DNA of 64,000 nt from a bacterium (GTDB lineage Bacteria; SM23-81; DAOVCL01): contig JAOZPP010000003.1 in the NCBI GenBank assembly GCA_029932675.1, forward strand, positions 10,079-74,078, given 5' to 3'. The position numbers and the translations under genes were made by a program. Below, one piece after another: positions 38,525-47,984 of the stretch. The notes under the pieces are model-generated. The model was not told the origin of the DNA. It worked only from the letters and a program-made list of their open reading frames with translations, and ran no database searches. Each line of letters begins with the position of its first letter. Positions within the stretch are counted from its first letter, which is position 1.

Positions 38525-40291
38525 TCACTCTATTAGCTTTATCCCCAATTCCCTCAATTGATCCTCCCTTACCGGAGAGGGGGAACCGACCATAAGCGAG
38601 GAAGCGGCAGTAGTCTTTGGGAAAGCGATCACCTCCCTGATGGACTTTCCACCGGCCATGAGCATAACCAACCTATCCAGTCCTGGGGCGATGCCCCCAT
38701 GAGGGGGGACCCCAAATTGGAACGCCTCTAAGAGAAAGCCAAATCTTTCTTTAATCTCCTGGGGGGAAAGGCCAAGTATCCCGAATATCTTTCGTTGCAG
38801 GGGTTCCTGATGGATCCTAATACTCCCACTTCCTATCTCCACCCCATTTAAGACCAGGTCATAGGCCCTTGACCTCACCTTGAGGGGCTCAGAATCCAAC
38901 AAGGGGATGTCCTCAGGTACCACCCCGGTAAAGGGGTGGTGCTCCGATTCTATTCTCCCTTCCTCCTCATTATAGTGAAAGAGGGGAAAGTCGATCACCC
39001 AGCAAAAGCGAAAATCCCCTTCTGGAATTAGCTTTAACCTTTTGGCCACCTCCTGTCTGAGTATCCCCAAGGAGGCGGAAACGACCTCATCCTGGCCGGC
39101 AACCAAGAGGAGTAGATCCCCTTCCCTTGCCTTTAACCTCTCCCTCAGCCTTTCTATCTGGCTGGGGGAAAGGAATTTGGTCAAGGGGGATTTTATCCCC
39201 TCTGGGGTAATCTTCATCCAGAGGAGGCCCTTTGCCCCTCCCTCCGCAGCTATTTTGCCCAGCCCATCTATCTCCTTGCGGGAGAAGTCCGCTGACCCGG
39301 GGGAGTTTATCCCCTTTACCACTCCTCCATCTTGGAGGACCTCTTTAAATATACGAAATTCCGTCCCCTGAACCAAATCGCTTAAGTCACTTATCTTCAA
39401 CCCAAACCTTATATCTGGTTTGTCGGTGCCGTATTCACTAAGCGCATCAGGGTAACTTATTCTCGGAAAAGGCAGGGAGATATTTATCCCCAGGACTTCC
39501 TGGAAGATATGGGCCATTAGGCCCTCGGTGATGCCGAAGATATCCTCCTCCTCGACGAAGGAGATTTCGATGTCTATCTGGGTGAACTCCGGTTGGCGAT
39601 CGGCCCGCAGATCCTCATCTCGGAAACATTTGGCTATCTGATAATACCTGTCAAACCCGGCAACCATCAGGATCTGCTTATACATCTGGGGGGATTGAGG
39701 GAGGGCATAGAACCATCCCTTATGTTCCCGACTGGGGACTAAGTAGTCCCTGGCCCCCTCCGGGGTGCTCTTGGTGAGGATAGGGGTCTCCACCTCTAAG
39801 AAGCCATGGTTGTTTAGGTATTCCCTAGTGGCTTGACAGACCTGATGGCGGAGGATGAGGTTCCTCTGCAAGGGGGGCCTTCTTAAGTCCAGATACCTAT
39901 ACTTAAGTCTGAGATCCTCTGTGGCCTCCGGGTCATCGGAGATAAGAAATGGCGGTGTCTTAGAAGGGCTTAAGACCTCAAGCTCATTTCCCTCAACCTC
40001 TATCTCCCCGGTCTCCAGGTTCGGGTTGACCATCCCCTCCGGCCTGTGGAGCACCTTCCCTTTTACCCGTACCACCCATTCACACCTAAGCTTTGCCGCC
40101 TGGGATTGAATTGTGGGGTTGGTGGAGGGCCTAAATACCACCTGGGTGAGCCCATACCTGTCCCTTAGATCGATGAAGATTACCCCCCCGTGGTTTCTCC
40201 AGCGATGAACCCAGCCGCAGAGGACAACTTCCCGGCCAATATCCTGGGGTCGCAACTCACCACAGGTATGGCTTCTCTTAACTGTTGACAT
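38525..40291 (-). CDS. aspS: Aspartyl-tRNA synthetase
   Basis: Class-II aaRS motifs (FRDEDLRADRQPEFTQIDIE, GGIAPGLDRLVM) and an N-terminal OB fold. Confidence 0.95.
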   Translation of the reverse strand: MSTVKRSHTCGELRPQDIGREVVLCGWVHRWRNHGGVIFIDLRDRYGLTQVVFRPSTNPTIQSQAAKLRCEWVVRVKGKVLHRPEGMVNPNLETGEIEVEGNELEVLSPSKTPPFLISDDPEATEDLRLKYRYLDLRRPPLQRNLILRHQVCQATREYLNNHGFLEVETPILTKSTPEGARDYLVPSREHKGWFYALPQSPQMYKQILMVAGFDRYYQIAKCFRDEDLRADRQPEFTQIDIEISFVEEEDIFGITEGLMAHIFQEVLGINISLPFPRISYPDALSEYGTDKPDIRFGLKISDLSDLVQGTEFRIFKEVLQDGGVVKGINSPGSADFSRKEIDGLGKIAAEGGAKGLLWMKITPEGIKSPLTKFLSPSQIERLRERLKAREGDLLLLVAGQDEVVSASLGILRQEVAKRLKLIPEGDFRFCWVIDFPLFHYNEEEGRIESEHHPFTGVVPEDIPLLDSEPLKVRSRAYDLVLNGVEIGSGSIRIHQEPLQRKIFGILGLSPQEIKERFGFLLEAFQFGVPPHGGIAPGLDRLVMLMAGGKSIREVIAFPKTTAASSLMVGSPSPVREDQLRELGIKLIE

Positions 40292-41549
40292 CTTTCCCCC
40301 TTATCCTGGAGCAGATCCCCTCAATATCTGCCCAGTTCACCTTTAGCTCCTGGCCACTCTCCATCTCCTTTAGGTTGGCCTCACCGGTCTCCAGTTCCCT
40401 ATCCCCGATTACCAGGGCAAAGGAAGCCCTCTCGCGGTTGGCCTCCCTTAGTTGGGACTTAAGACTTCGGCCCAAGAAATCCATCTCACAGCGCAAACCT
40501 GCTTTCCTTAGCTTCCTGATTAACCTTAGACAAAGCCTTTGGGCTTGCAGACCCAAGGAGATCAAGAAGAGGTCAGGTCTTGAGTTTGGTGAGTTTTCCT
40601 TCTCGTTTAGGCAAAGGAGCAGCCTTTCCATTCCCGCGGCGAATCCAACGGCAGGGGTAGGAACCCCACCCAATTCCTCCACAAGGTCGTCATACCTCCC
40701 CCCTCCACAGAGGGCATCCTGAGCCCCAAGCCCAGGACCCAACACCTCAAAGACCGTGCGGGTGTAATAGTCCAGTCCTCTCACCAGCGTAGGATCTACC
40801 TTAAATGATATCCCCAAATCACTTAACCCTTCTTTAACGGTTTGAAAGTGTTCCCTACACCTCTCACAAAGGTCATCGAGGATGACCGGGGCTTCCTTCA
40901 TTATCAGCTTGCACCCTTCCTTCTTACAATCGAAGCACCTTAAGGGGTTCCTCGTCAACCTCCTTTGGCACTCCGCACAGAGCTCATCGGCTTTATCGGC
41001 CAAGTAGTTCCTTAGCTTAGTTCGGTAACTTGCCCGACAATCCCGGCATCCTATGCTGTTCAGCTTAAGCTCTAAGCCATCGAGCCCCAGTTCCTGGTAT
41101 ATATCCACACAGAGGGAGATCACCTCAACATCTATCTGGGGTTGGGGGGAGCCGATAGCCTCCACCCCATACTGGTGGAATTGCCTCAGCCTTCCCGCCT
41201 GAGGGTTTTCCTGCCGGAACATTGGGGCGATGTAAAAGAGCTTTTTTAGAGGAGATCGTCTACCCAAGTTGTTCTCCAAATAGGCCCTGATCACCGGGGG
41301 AGTCCCTTCCGGAGAGAGGGTGAGGCTCCTTCCACCCTTGTCCAAGAACGTATACATCTCCTTGGTAACGATGTCTGTGTCCTGGCCGGTTCCCTTGGCA
41401 AAAAGTTCGGTAAATTCAAAAATGGGGGTGCGGATCTCCCTATAGTTGTACCTGGCCATCACTTCCCTTATCTTCTCCTCTAACCTTCTCCACCTCTCCA
41501 CCTCTCCGGGAAGGATATCCTTAGTCCCTTTTACTCTCTTCAGCTTCAT
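40278..41549 (-). CDS. hisS: Histidyl-tRNA synthetase
   Basis: Class-II HisRS motifs and the anticodon-binding C-terminal domain. Confidence 0.95.
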   Translation of the reverse strand: MKLKRVKGTKDILPGEVERWRRLEEKIREVMARYNYREIRTPIFEFTELFAKGTGQDTDIVTKEMYTFLDKGGRSLTLSPEGTPPVIRAYLENNLGRRSPLKKLFYIAPMFRQENPQAGRLRQFHQYGVEAIGSPQPQIDVEVISLCVDIYQELGLDGLELKLNSIGCRDCRASYRTKLRNYLADKADELCAECQRRLTRNPLRCFDCKKEGCKLIMKEAPVILDDLCERCREHFQTVKEGLSDLGISFKVDPTLVRGLDYYTRTVFEVLGPGLGAQDALCGGGRYDDLVEELGGVPTPAVGFAAGMERLLLCLNEKENSPNSRPDLFLISLGLQAQRLCLRLIRKLRKAGLRCEMDFLGRSLKSQLREANRERASFALVIGDRELETGEANLKEMESGQELKVNWADIEGICSRIRGKDVNS

Positions 41550-41653
41550 CTATAAATTAGGTAATTGAAGGGTCGCTCTGTTTGGCCCCTGCCGTTTCGC
41601 CCGCTCACCCTTCTGTTGGGGTCCAAGTTATTCATAAACTCCGTATGAACGCT

Positions 41654-41682
41654 CATTGCAAACGAAGCGAAGCAATCCGCTT
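41654..41682. repeat. Copy B of the second short repeat, tCATTGCaaacgaagcgaaGCAATC
   Basis: Shares a 7-mer and a 9-mer at conserved spacing with copy A. Located in the hisS leader. Confidence 0.4.
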
Positions 41683-41898
41683 ATGAGATGGCAGAGCCCC
41701 TGTTCTGCCCCGATCAGATCAAGGGATCTGGCCACTCAACTATTGGTAGTTCGAAGCTACTGTGCAAATTTTGTGAATGATTCATCCCTATCAGGAGAGA
41801 TTCCTGACGGCACAGAAAGGCTTGGTCCCTTTGGGGGATGCGAATTATTTAGATTAAGTCCCTCCTCGCATATCAGCCTTCATATTAAGGGAAACAGG

Positions 41899-42249
41899 TC
41901 ACTTCTTCTTAGATTTTGGCTTCTTAGGTTTCTTCTTCTCTGGTTCGGCTGTTTTTTTCTCCTCCTTTGCTTTTTCCTCGGCGGTGGTCTTCTCCTTCTC
42001 TACCTCATCTACGTAGTTCATCCGCAACTCAAAGAGAACGTGGTCTAAGAGTTTCTTCTCCTCTTCGCTGAGGTTCCCCTTTGTCTTTTCTTCAATCATC
42101 CCTAATATATCGATGGAAAACCTTGCCTGGTTGAGATCTTTCTCGATCTTCTTGGTTAAGGGGTTGATCACCTTGCCCATCTGTTGCATAGCTGCTGCTT
42201 GGAACATAAAGATCAACTGCATAAAGAGGTTTCCCTTCTCCTCAGCCAT
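41899..42249 (-). CDS. DUF1844-family protein with a Lys-rich C-terminal tail
   Basis: LIFMFQAAAMQQMGKVINPLT...DLNQARFSIDILGMIEEKTKGNL pattern. Confidence 0.5.
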   Translation of the reverse strand: MAEEKGNLFMQLIFMFQAAAMQQMGKVINPLTKKIEKDLNQARFSIDILGMIEEKTKGNLSEEEKKLLDHVLFELRMNYVDEVEKEKTTAEEKAKEEKKTAEPEKKKPKKPKSKKK

Positions 42250-42252
42250 CTA

Positions 42253-42597
42253 TCACCTCCGTTCATTGGGGACAAGACAGATAAACTCCCATATCTGGTT
42301 ACCGTCATTTCGGAATTGATGCTCTTCCTGGGGGCTAACCAGGGCGATATCGCCAGCCCTTAACCGATACTCCTCCCCTTCGTCGCTCAGGATTCCCTCC
42401 CCCGCGATGACGAAGATCTCATGTTCCCAACTATGGGAGTGAAGCGGCGTATATCCACCGGGCTGCACCTTAAAGATCCTCATCGAAAAATTGGGTGCTC
42501 CATCCTTCTCCGATAGGGCCCAGGCAATGGTAGTCCCCTTTGCCCCCTCTTCAGTAACTGGTTCAGATTTAACCTCACGGTAGTTTACAAGTTTCAT
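42253..42597 (-). CDS. Cupin-2 domain protein
   Basis: Cupin motifs G.YTPLHSH..EHEIFVI.G and the second motif GD....P...H. Confidence 0.7.
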   Translation of the reverse strand: MKLVNYREVKSEPVTEEGAKGTTIAWALSEKDGAPNFSMRIFKVQPGGYTPLHSHSWEHEIFVIAGEGILSDEGEEYRLRAGDIALVSPQEEHQFRNDGNQIWEFICLVPNERR

Positions 42598-42696
42598 CCT
42601 ATCCTCCTTTGCGCTTCTCTGAGAGTTGCCGGGGAGAAAGCCATTTTGTTCAAAATAAAAAATATAAGCTATTCTGTCAACCTTAATCTCGGGATT

Positions 42697-42730
42697 AAAA
42701 AAGGAGCCGCCCGAAGCTGAGGGCGACTCC
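42697..42730 (-). terminator. Intrinsic terminator at the end of the T9SS-cargo operon
   Basis: On the minus strand, GGGAGTCGCCCtcagcttcGGGCGGCTCC is followed by TTTTTTAAT. Confidence 0.65.
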
Positions 42731-42756
42731 CTTGGGTTGAAAGCTTTGATTCAAGC

Positions 42757-45700
42757 CTACCTCAGCAGGACCATTCTTTTTGTCTCTGTAAAATCCCCCG
42801 CTTTCAACCTGTAGATGTAAATGCCTGAGGCCACTGAACCTGCATCCCAGTGGGTTGACTTATAACCAGCTTTCTGCTTCTCATCTACCAAGGTAGTTAC
42901 CTTCTGCCCCAGGATATTGAATACCTCAAGCTTCACCGAGCACTCCTTTGGCAATGTGTAACTGATCTGGGTGACCGGGTTGAATGGATTGGGATAGTTC
43001 TGTGAGAGGCTATAAGATTGGGGGATGGACTGCTGGCCACCATCTCCTTGAACTATAACAACAGGGGTTGTATTCCGAAATAGTAACAGACCCCCTCCCC
43101 CATTTCCCATCACATCACCCCAGCTATAAGACGCAAGCAGAGAGAATCTACCGGTATTATCAATGTCTCCCAACTCGATATTGCCTATATGAGTGCCCAT
43201 GCAACCAAAACTTGTCCACCAACCAGGCTCAGGTTTGAGCACTGAACCATCACCAGAGTTGAAATAGATATGAAAATAGTCGCCATTCCGATCGGTAAGG
43301 GCTAAATCTGGTCTCCCATCCAAATTCACATCTCCTATGGCAATTCTGCAGGGACTCCAAGAAAAATCTGGGTCAGAGGTCCATACTGGCGAGCTATTGA
43401 TAAGTCCTTCCTGATTGTTGAGGAAAAGCTTTGCCCGTCCTTCATAAGAACTGGTACCAATGACGATATCCTGGTAGCCATCTCCGTCCATATCCCACCA
43501 GATAATAGAAGAGACTTCCTCCCCGGTAGAGATAATCTGGGTGGGAGAAGAAGATAGATTGCCATTATCATTGGCAAAAATCAAGATGTCGTTACCATAG
43601 CCAATGGCAAGCTCAGGATAGTCATCATCATTAAAGTAACCTAATTTTCCCCAATCAATATCGCCTTTGTAGGATGTCGTCCAGTCAGGACTTTGGTGAA
43701 GGTTACCTTCCTGATCGTTGAAATAGACAGCAACCCCTTCATATCTACTTACCGCCAGATCATCCCAACCGTCATTGTTGACTTTTCCCCACGCTACCCC
43801 CCCGTAGCGGGTGGAAAGCGTGTCCATCCAGGCAGAAGAACTTGATAGCTGGTTACCTTCATTCAGGTGAACCTCTACCCTGAAGCTACGAGCTATGGCC
43901 AGATCCCTTTTTCCATCGTTGTTCATATCTCCAAAGTCGTAATCGTTATCGTGAACTGGCTCACTCACCATGCCATAGGAGTACCAAACAACATAATCAT
44001 TAAATCCACCAGAACCATCATTCCAAAATTCATGATCGTGGACGCCATAATAGTCGAATGGAGGCGGCGAGTAAGAAGAGGCTCCTAAGGCAACATCAAG
44101 GAAACCATCGCCATTTATGTCATCAAGGGCTATAATCTCAGGATACATATTATAGGTAAACCCATCCGGTTCTGGATATATCTCTGGGGTTGATGGTAGA
44201 TAGGAGTAATTCTGCTCACATACCGCACTGGCTTCATTAGAGTAACCGCTTGCCCCAAAGGGATTATGGGCAGTTACGGCAAAATAGTAGGTCTGGCCAG
44301 GAACAAATTCATCATCATAGAGGATGTAAGAATCTGTATAACCAACATTTATCTCTTCGGTATAGTCGCCAGATGAGGTCCCATAATGGAGTTTATAACT
44401 TGTGGCCCCCTCAGAATGTTCCCAACTCAGATCTATCCTCTCTGGTTTAGGGGTAGCAGTAAGGTTCTCAGGTGCCTCTGGTGGATATCCGGATTCGAAG
44501 AAAGCGGTAAAGATGGTGTCATTAGGCCCAGCCACCACCTGATGGCTCCTGGCTCCACCATCGCTCCAGTGATCAAAGGCATAAGTCACTTCCCCTACTG
44601 TTTGAGGGGATATGGCCGTTATCCAATGTTGGCTGCCCGGCTCCCAGGCTGTGACATACGGGGATTGGTGATTACCTCCATCCACTTGGATAACCCCGCC
44701 ACTGAAGTTGTTTTGAACTGTTACCTCTACCTCTGGTATTGTATAGGTCACCGTCAATTGAGGTAATTTATCTTGGTCCCAATCATATCCACAGAAAGTA
44801 AGATATGGTGGATCACCCTGATCTTCGTCGTTCCATCCATCTACAACAAGATAAACAGTAAAGAAGTCTTGTGCACCGGCTAATGAATGAGTGAGGAACC
44901 ACTGAAGTCTGGCACATGCCTCTTCACCTCCGAATGATGGCCACACATAGGTGCTGCCAGGAAAGGGAAAGCTATAATTGTCAACGGCAAGAACACTACC
45001 CTCATTTGGGTCGGTCATACTATTATAAAACCACTCGGCATTCTCAGGAGGATTCCAAGTCGCAGGGGCCCACTTAGAGTGGTACATATCCATATAGACT
45101 TTCTCTGTAAATTCTATTGTATCATCAAAAATGCTATAAGTTAACCTCAAATCGATATTTGAAACTTCAGCCTCATCCTCTATATCTCCTGTATCCCATT
45201 GTATCCACCCTCTGAACAAGTAATTATCTCCCCCTGAAACTACTTTACCCACCCATGGAGTCCCCATAAATTCCCAGTAATACTCGTTAGCTTGCTCAGT
45301 ATATCTCGCGTAACCAGTATAATTCTCAGGAGGATACAATACCATCTCATGGATAGCAGTTCTGGCAGAAGAATTCTCCATGGTTAATTTCTTTAGGGAA
45401 GAGATAGGTATTTGAAGTAGCAAAGTTATCTCACTTTTTTTGAACCTGACCTCATATTGAGAGGGCAATCGGGAGTTTACTCTATTCGGTATCTTTGAAA
45501 TCGCATAAATATTCCTATCAATTTCATCTCTAAATTCTATTTTACCCTTGGTAATAAAATCACTTCTCATCTCTCTTCCCTTAGCATACACAGAAAAACA
45601 GCCAGGAGTTAGTATGCTAAAAACTTTAACAATAAGAGTGTCCATATCTGCTGAAAGAGAATCGAGCAACTCCGATAGGTTCTCAATTACTATTTGCCCC

Positions 45701-46200
45701 TTTAAAGAATTTGCTCCCACAATGAATTCCAGGTCTACATTCTCGTCTATGCCCCTATACCTAATTGTATCGATCCTGACATCCTCTATCTTTGTCTGTC
45801 CATACCCTGGAGAATCCCCTGATCCGGGCATATTAGTTACTTCTCCCCTGAGTTCCAGTTCAAGCCATAGGTCATCTGACAATGCTATTTTAACTTTGTC
45901 ATCGGAAAAGTAAAACTTTAAACTGTTCGTTTCACAGGCATAGCCAAAACCCTCCTGACCAAAAGGGCGAATAGTAGGATCTATATCCTGCCAATTGCTA
46001 TCGTTGTCCATATAGTGAATTGGTGAAGCAAATAATTCTGCTCGGTAAGTGCCATCGCCATTATCAAAAAACTTGGCACAACGGGCCCGTTTTTGAATGA
46101 TCTCTTGCCTCTCTTGTCCATTGACGACATCCGGAAGAAGGGCAAAGATCGCCAAATTCAACACCAGACCCACTGATAAAAGACAAAATCTCCTCCTCAT
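42757..46200 (-). CDS. Giant secreted protein of 1147 aa: FG-GAP/VCBS beta-propeller repeats plus an Fn3-like region plus a T9SS type-A C-terminal domain
   Basis: Signal peptide. Repeated D.NGDG..D / GDVN.DGR.D motifs. C-terminal LSQNYPNPFNPVTQISYTL...LEVFNILGQKV...SGIYIYRL...KRMVLLR. Confidence 0.75.
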   Translation of the reverse strand: MRRRFCLLSVGLVLNLAIFALLPDVVNGQERQEIIQKRARCAKFFDNGDGTYRAELFASPIHYMDNDSNWQDIDPTIRPFGQEGFGYACETNSLKFYFSDDKVKIALSDDLWLELELRGEVTNMPGSGDSPGYGQTKIEDVRIDTIRYRGIDENVDLEFIVGANSLKGQIVIENLSELLDSLSADMDTLIVKVFSILTPGCFSVYAKGREMRSDFITKGKIEFRDEIDRNIYAISKIPNRVNSRLPSQYEVRFKKSEITLLLQIPISSLKKLTMENSSARTAIHEMVLYPPENYTGYARYTEQANEYYWEFMGTPWVGKVVSGGDNYLFRGWIQWDTGDIEDEAEVSNIDLRLTYSIFDDTIEFTEKVYMDMYHSKWAPATWNPPENAEWFYNSMTDPNEGSVLAVDNYSFPFPGSTYVWPSFGGEEACARLQWFLTHSLAGAQDFFTVYLVVDGWNDEDQGDPPYLTFCGYDWDQDKLPQLTVTYTIPEVEVTVQNNFSGGVIQVDGGNHQSPYVTAWEPGSQHWITAISPQTVGEVTYAFDHWSDGGARSHQVVAGPNDTIFTAFFESGYPPEAPENLTATPKPERIDLSWEHSEGATSYKLHYGTSSGDYTEEINVGYTDSYILYDDEFVPGQTYYFAVTAHNPFGASGYSNEASAVCEQNYSYLPSTPEIYPEPDGFTYNMYPEIIALDDINGDGFLDVALGASSYSPPPFDYYGVHDHEFWNDGSGGFNDYVVWYSYGMVSEPVHDNDYDFGDMNNDGKRDLAIARSFRVEVHLNEGNQLSSSSAWMDTLSTRYGGVAWGKVNNDGWDDLAVSRYEGVAVYFNDQEGNLHQSPDWTTSYKGDIDWGKLGYFNDDDYPELAIGYGNDILIFANDNGNLSSSPTQIISTGEEVSSIIWWDMDGDGYQDIVIGTSSYEGRAKLFLNNQEGLINSSPVWTSDPDFSWSPCRIAIGDVNLDGRPDLALTDRNGDYFHIYFNSGDGSVLKPEPGWWTSFGCMGTHIGNIELGDIDNTGRFSLLASYSWGDVMGNGGGGLLLFRNTTPVVIVQGDGGQQSIPQSYSLSQNYPNPFNPVTQISYTLPKECSVKLEVFNILGQKVTTLVDEKQKAGYKSTHWDAGSVASGIYIYRLKAGDFTETKRMVLLR

Positions 46201-46336
46201 CTTTTCCTCCCACTGTTACGGTTAACAATTGCCTGGGTGGACAGAAAAAGCAATCGGCTTTCTTAGCTGAAATAATTTTCTCATATCACCTCCTTTCACC
46301 TTCTTGTTTGCAGCCATTAAGTTGTTAAATCCATCC

Positions 46337-47977
46337 TTACCACATTGCCTGACTTCCAATTAGAAATTTGTAGCTATATGGTTTACCCAATATTCCTCCT
46401 TTCCAAAGGCGATTGTAACCCATCGTCAGGCGAAGTTGCTTCAATATCTGAAAATTTAAACCAGCTTTAAAACTCCTGTTTTTGTCACCTGAGTCATTTT
46501 GGGAGGAACCATCCAGGTTGATCTGAATTCTATCAGTGATTCCATATTTAGTCTCTACGCTCACCTTCCAGCTATTCCGCTTTTTGAAATTTTTCACCCT
46601 CAGATCGAAGATGTTTTTCTTGTGACTAACCCAACTGGTGACCCTGTCCTGGGGTATATAGCCAATTTGAATCTGCCATTGACCCGCTTTCAGCAGTGGA
46701 TGGTAATAATAATCGAAATCTGGAATTTCGTAATAAGGCAGGCCACCGTCAAATCCGTAACTGAAATACTTTAAGCTTAATCTACCAGACAAAGAAAGGG
46801 AATGGAAATAATATGACCCACCTTCACGTAAAACCCTCTTATCGAATTTTATCTCACTATTTATCATTAAATGGTCTGTTATGCCATAGTTGAAAATCTC
46901 ACTGTTTCCAATTGTCCAGGTCTTGGATGTTAGCAAGCCGCTTTGTCTCGTATATTTCCAGTATATTTGGTTATTTAGTTTAACCTGTTTCCTTCCTAAC
47001 AGATGGCCATAGTAATCATCGTAGTCAGCTAATATCCTTCTAATGTCAATTTTTCCATTATCCGTCAAGAGATCAAAACCCGATCTAACAATAACATGAT
47101 CTTCTTTCCTAAGTAAGTGAGGGACGCCGCCACAAAAGTTCTTATCACTCAAATAGGAGTAATGCCAGTTTGGAGAAAGATAAATGCGCATATTTTTATT
47201 TATTTGCATATCCACTTGAGAAGAAAGATTGTTATACCTTCTTTTTCTTGTGATACATATGGAATTGGGGCCCTTTTCTGAACTAAAGCTATCTGTAATA
47301 CTAATCTGTATTTGGCTTGGCAAACCAAGTCTAAAGCTCATCTCATACGCGTGATTAGTCATCCTATACTCAGTATGGTCGTATTCTGCTTTCCCTAAAT
47401 TATATTGATAGGAATTACTGATCTCAAACTGGCCTCTATTTAACAAGGGGGTATTGTAGTAGTAAAAATTGAGCATCCTCTGGGGCACATATGTTTTCCC
47501 ATCATTGCTCAAGAATGAAATACTGAAGGAAACTTTTTGATTTTTCAGCTTGGAGTAATTCTCGTAGTCTTCATAATCCATGTTGTTAAATTGTTGACAT
47601 AGGCTTCCCGAAATTTCAAGATTGACTTTCGGCCTATACTGAAAGGAAACTGTTGGCTTGTAATATTCAGCTATCCAATTACTTGTTCCTCGATGTCTCA
47701 AAGGAAGACGATTATTTAGTTTAAGTTGATATAAATGGCTCTTGCCGAAATATAAGTTATTGTGCAATGAGAAAAACCCGTTTTGACTTTTGCTGACAGT
47801 AAAATCAGTCCCCCTATTTGTAATAATTCGACCGTAAAAGTAATCGAAACTGAGTTCATCGATTTCTTTTGCTTTACAGTTAGAGAGAAATATAATAGAC
47901 AAAATCAAGACTATTGCTGTAATAATCCTTGATAATCTTCTCATAATTGGTTTGCCTTTCTCTTCAAACGTCTTCAT
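46337..47977 (-). CDS. Hypothetical Asn/Tyr-rich exported protein, a possible outer-membrane beta-barrel
   Basis: An N-terminal signal (possible lipobox LSNC). Alternating amphipathic strand pattern. A C-terminal aromatic residue (…GSQAMW). Low GC. No recognisable catalytic motif. Confidence 0.4.
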   Translation of the reverse strand: MKTFEEKGKPIMRRLSRIITAIVLILSIIFLSNCKAKEIDELSFDYFYGRIITNRGTDFTVSKSQNGFFSLHNNLYFGKSHLYQLKLNNRLPLRHRGTSNWIAEYYKPTVSFQYRPKVNLEISGSLCQQFNNMDYEDYENYSKLKNQKVSFSISFLSNDGKTYVPQRMLNFYYYNTPLLNRGQFEISNSYQYNLGKAEYDHTEYRMTNHAYEMSFRLGLPSQIQISITDSFSSEKGPNSICITRKRRYNNLSSQVDMQINKNMRIYLSPNWHYSYLSDKNFCGGVPHLLRKEDHVIVRSGFDLLTDNGKIDIRRILADYDDYYGHLLGRKQVKLNNQIYWKYTRQSGLLTSKTWTIGNSEIFNYGITDHLMINSEIKFDKRVLREGGSYYFHSLSLSGRLSLKYFSYGFDGGLPYYEIPDFDYYYHPLLKAGQWQIQIGYIPQDRVTSWVSHKKNIFDLRVKNFKKRNSWKVSVETKYGITDRIQINLDGSSQNDSGDKNRSFKAGLNFQILKQLRLTMGYNRLWKGGILGKPYSYKFLIGSQAMW

Positions 47978-47984
47978 AATCTTG

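Noticed and set aside
41550-41898. T-box riboswitch in the hisS leader
   Set aside because: The conserved T-box sequence is absent in the mRNA-sense strand.
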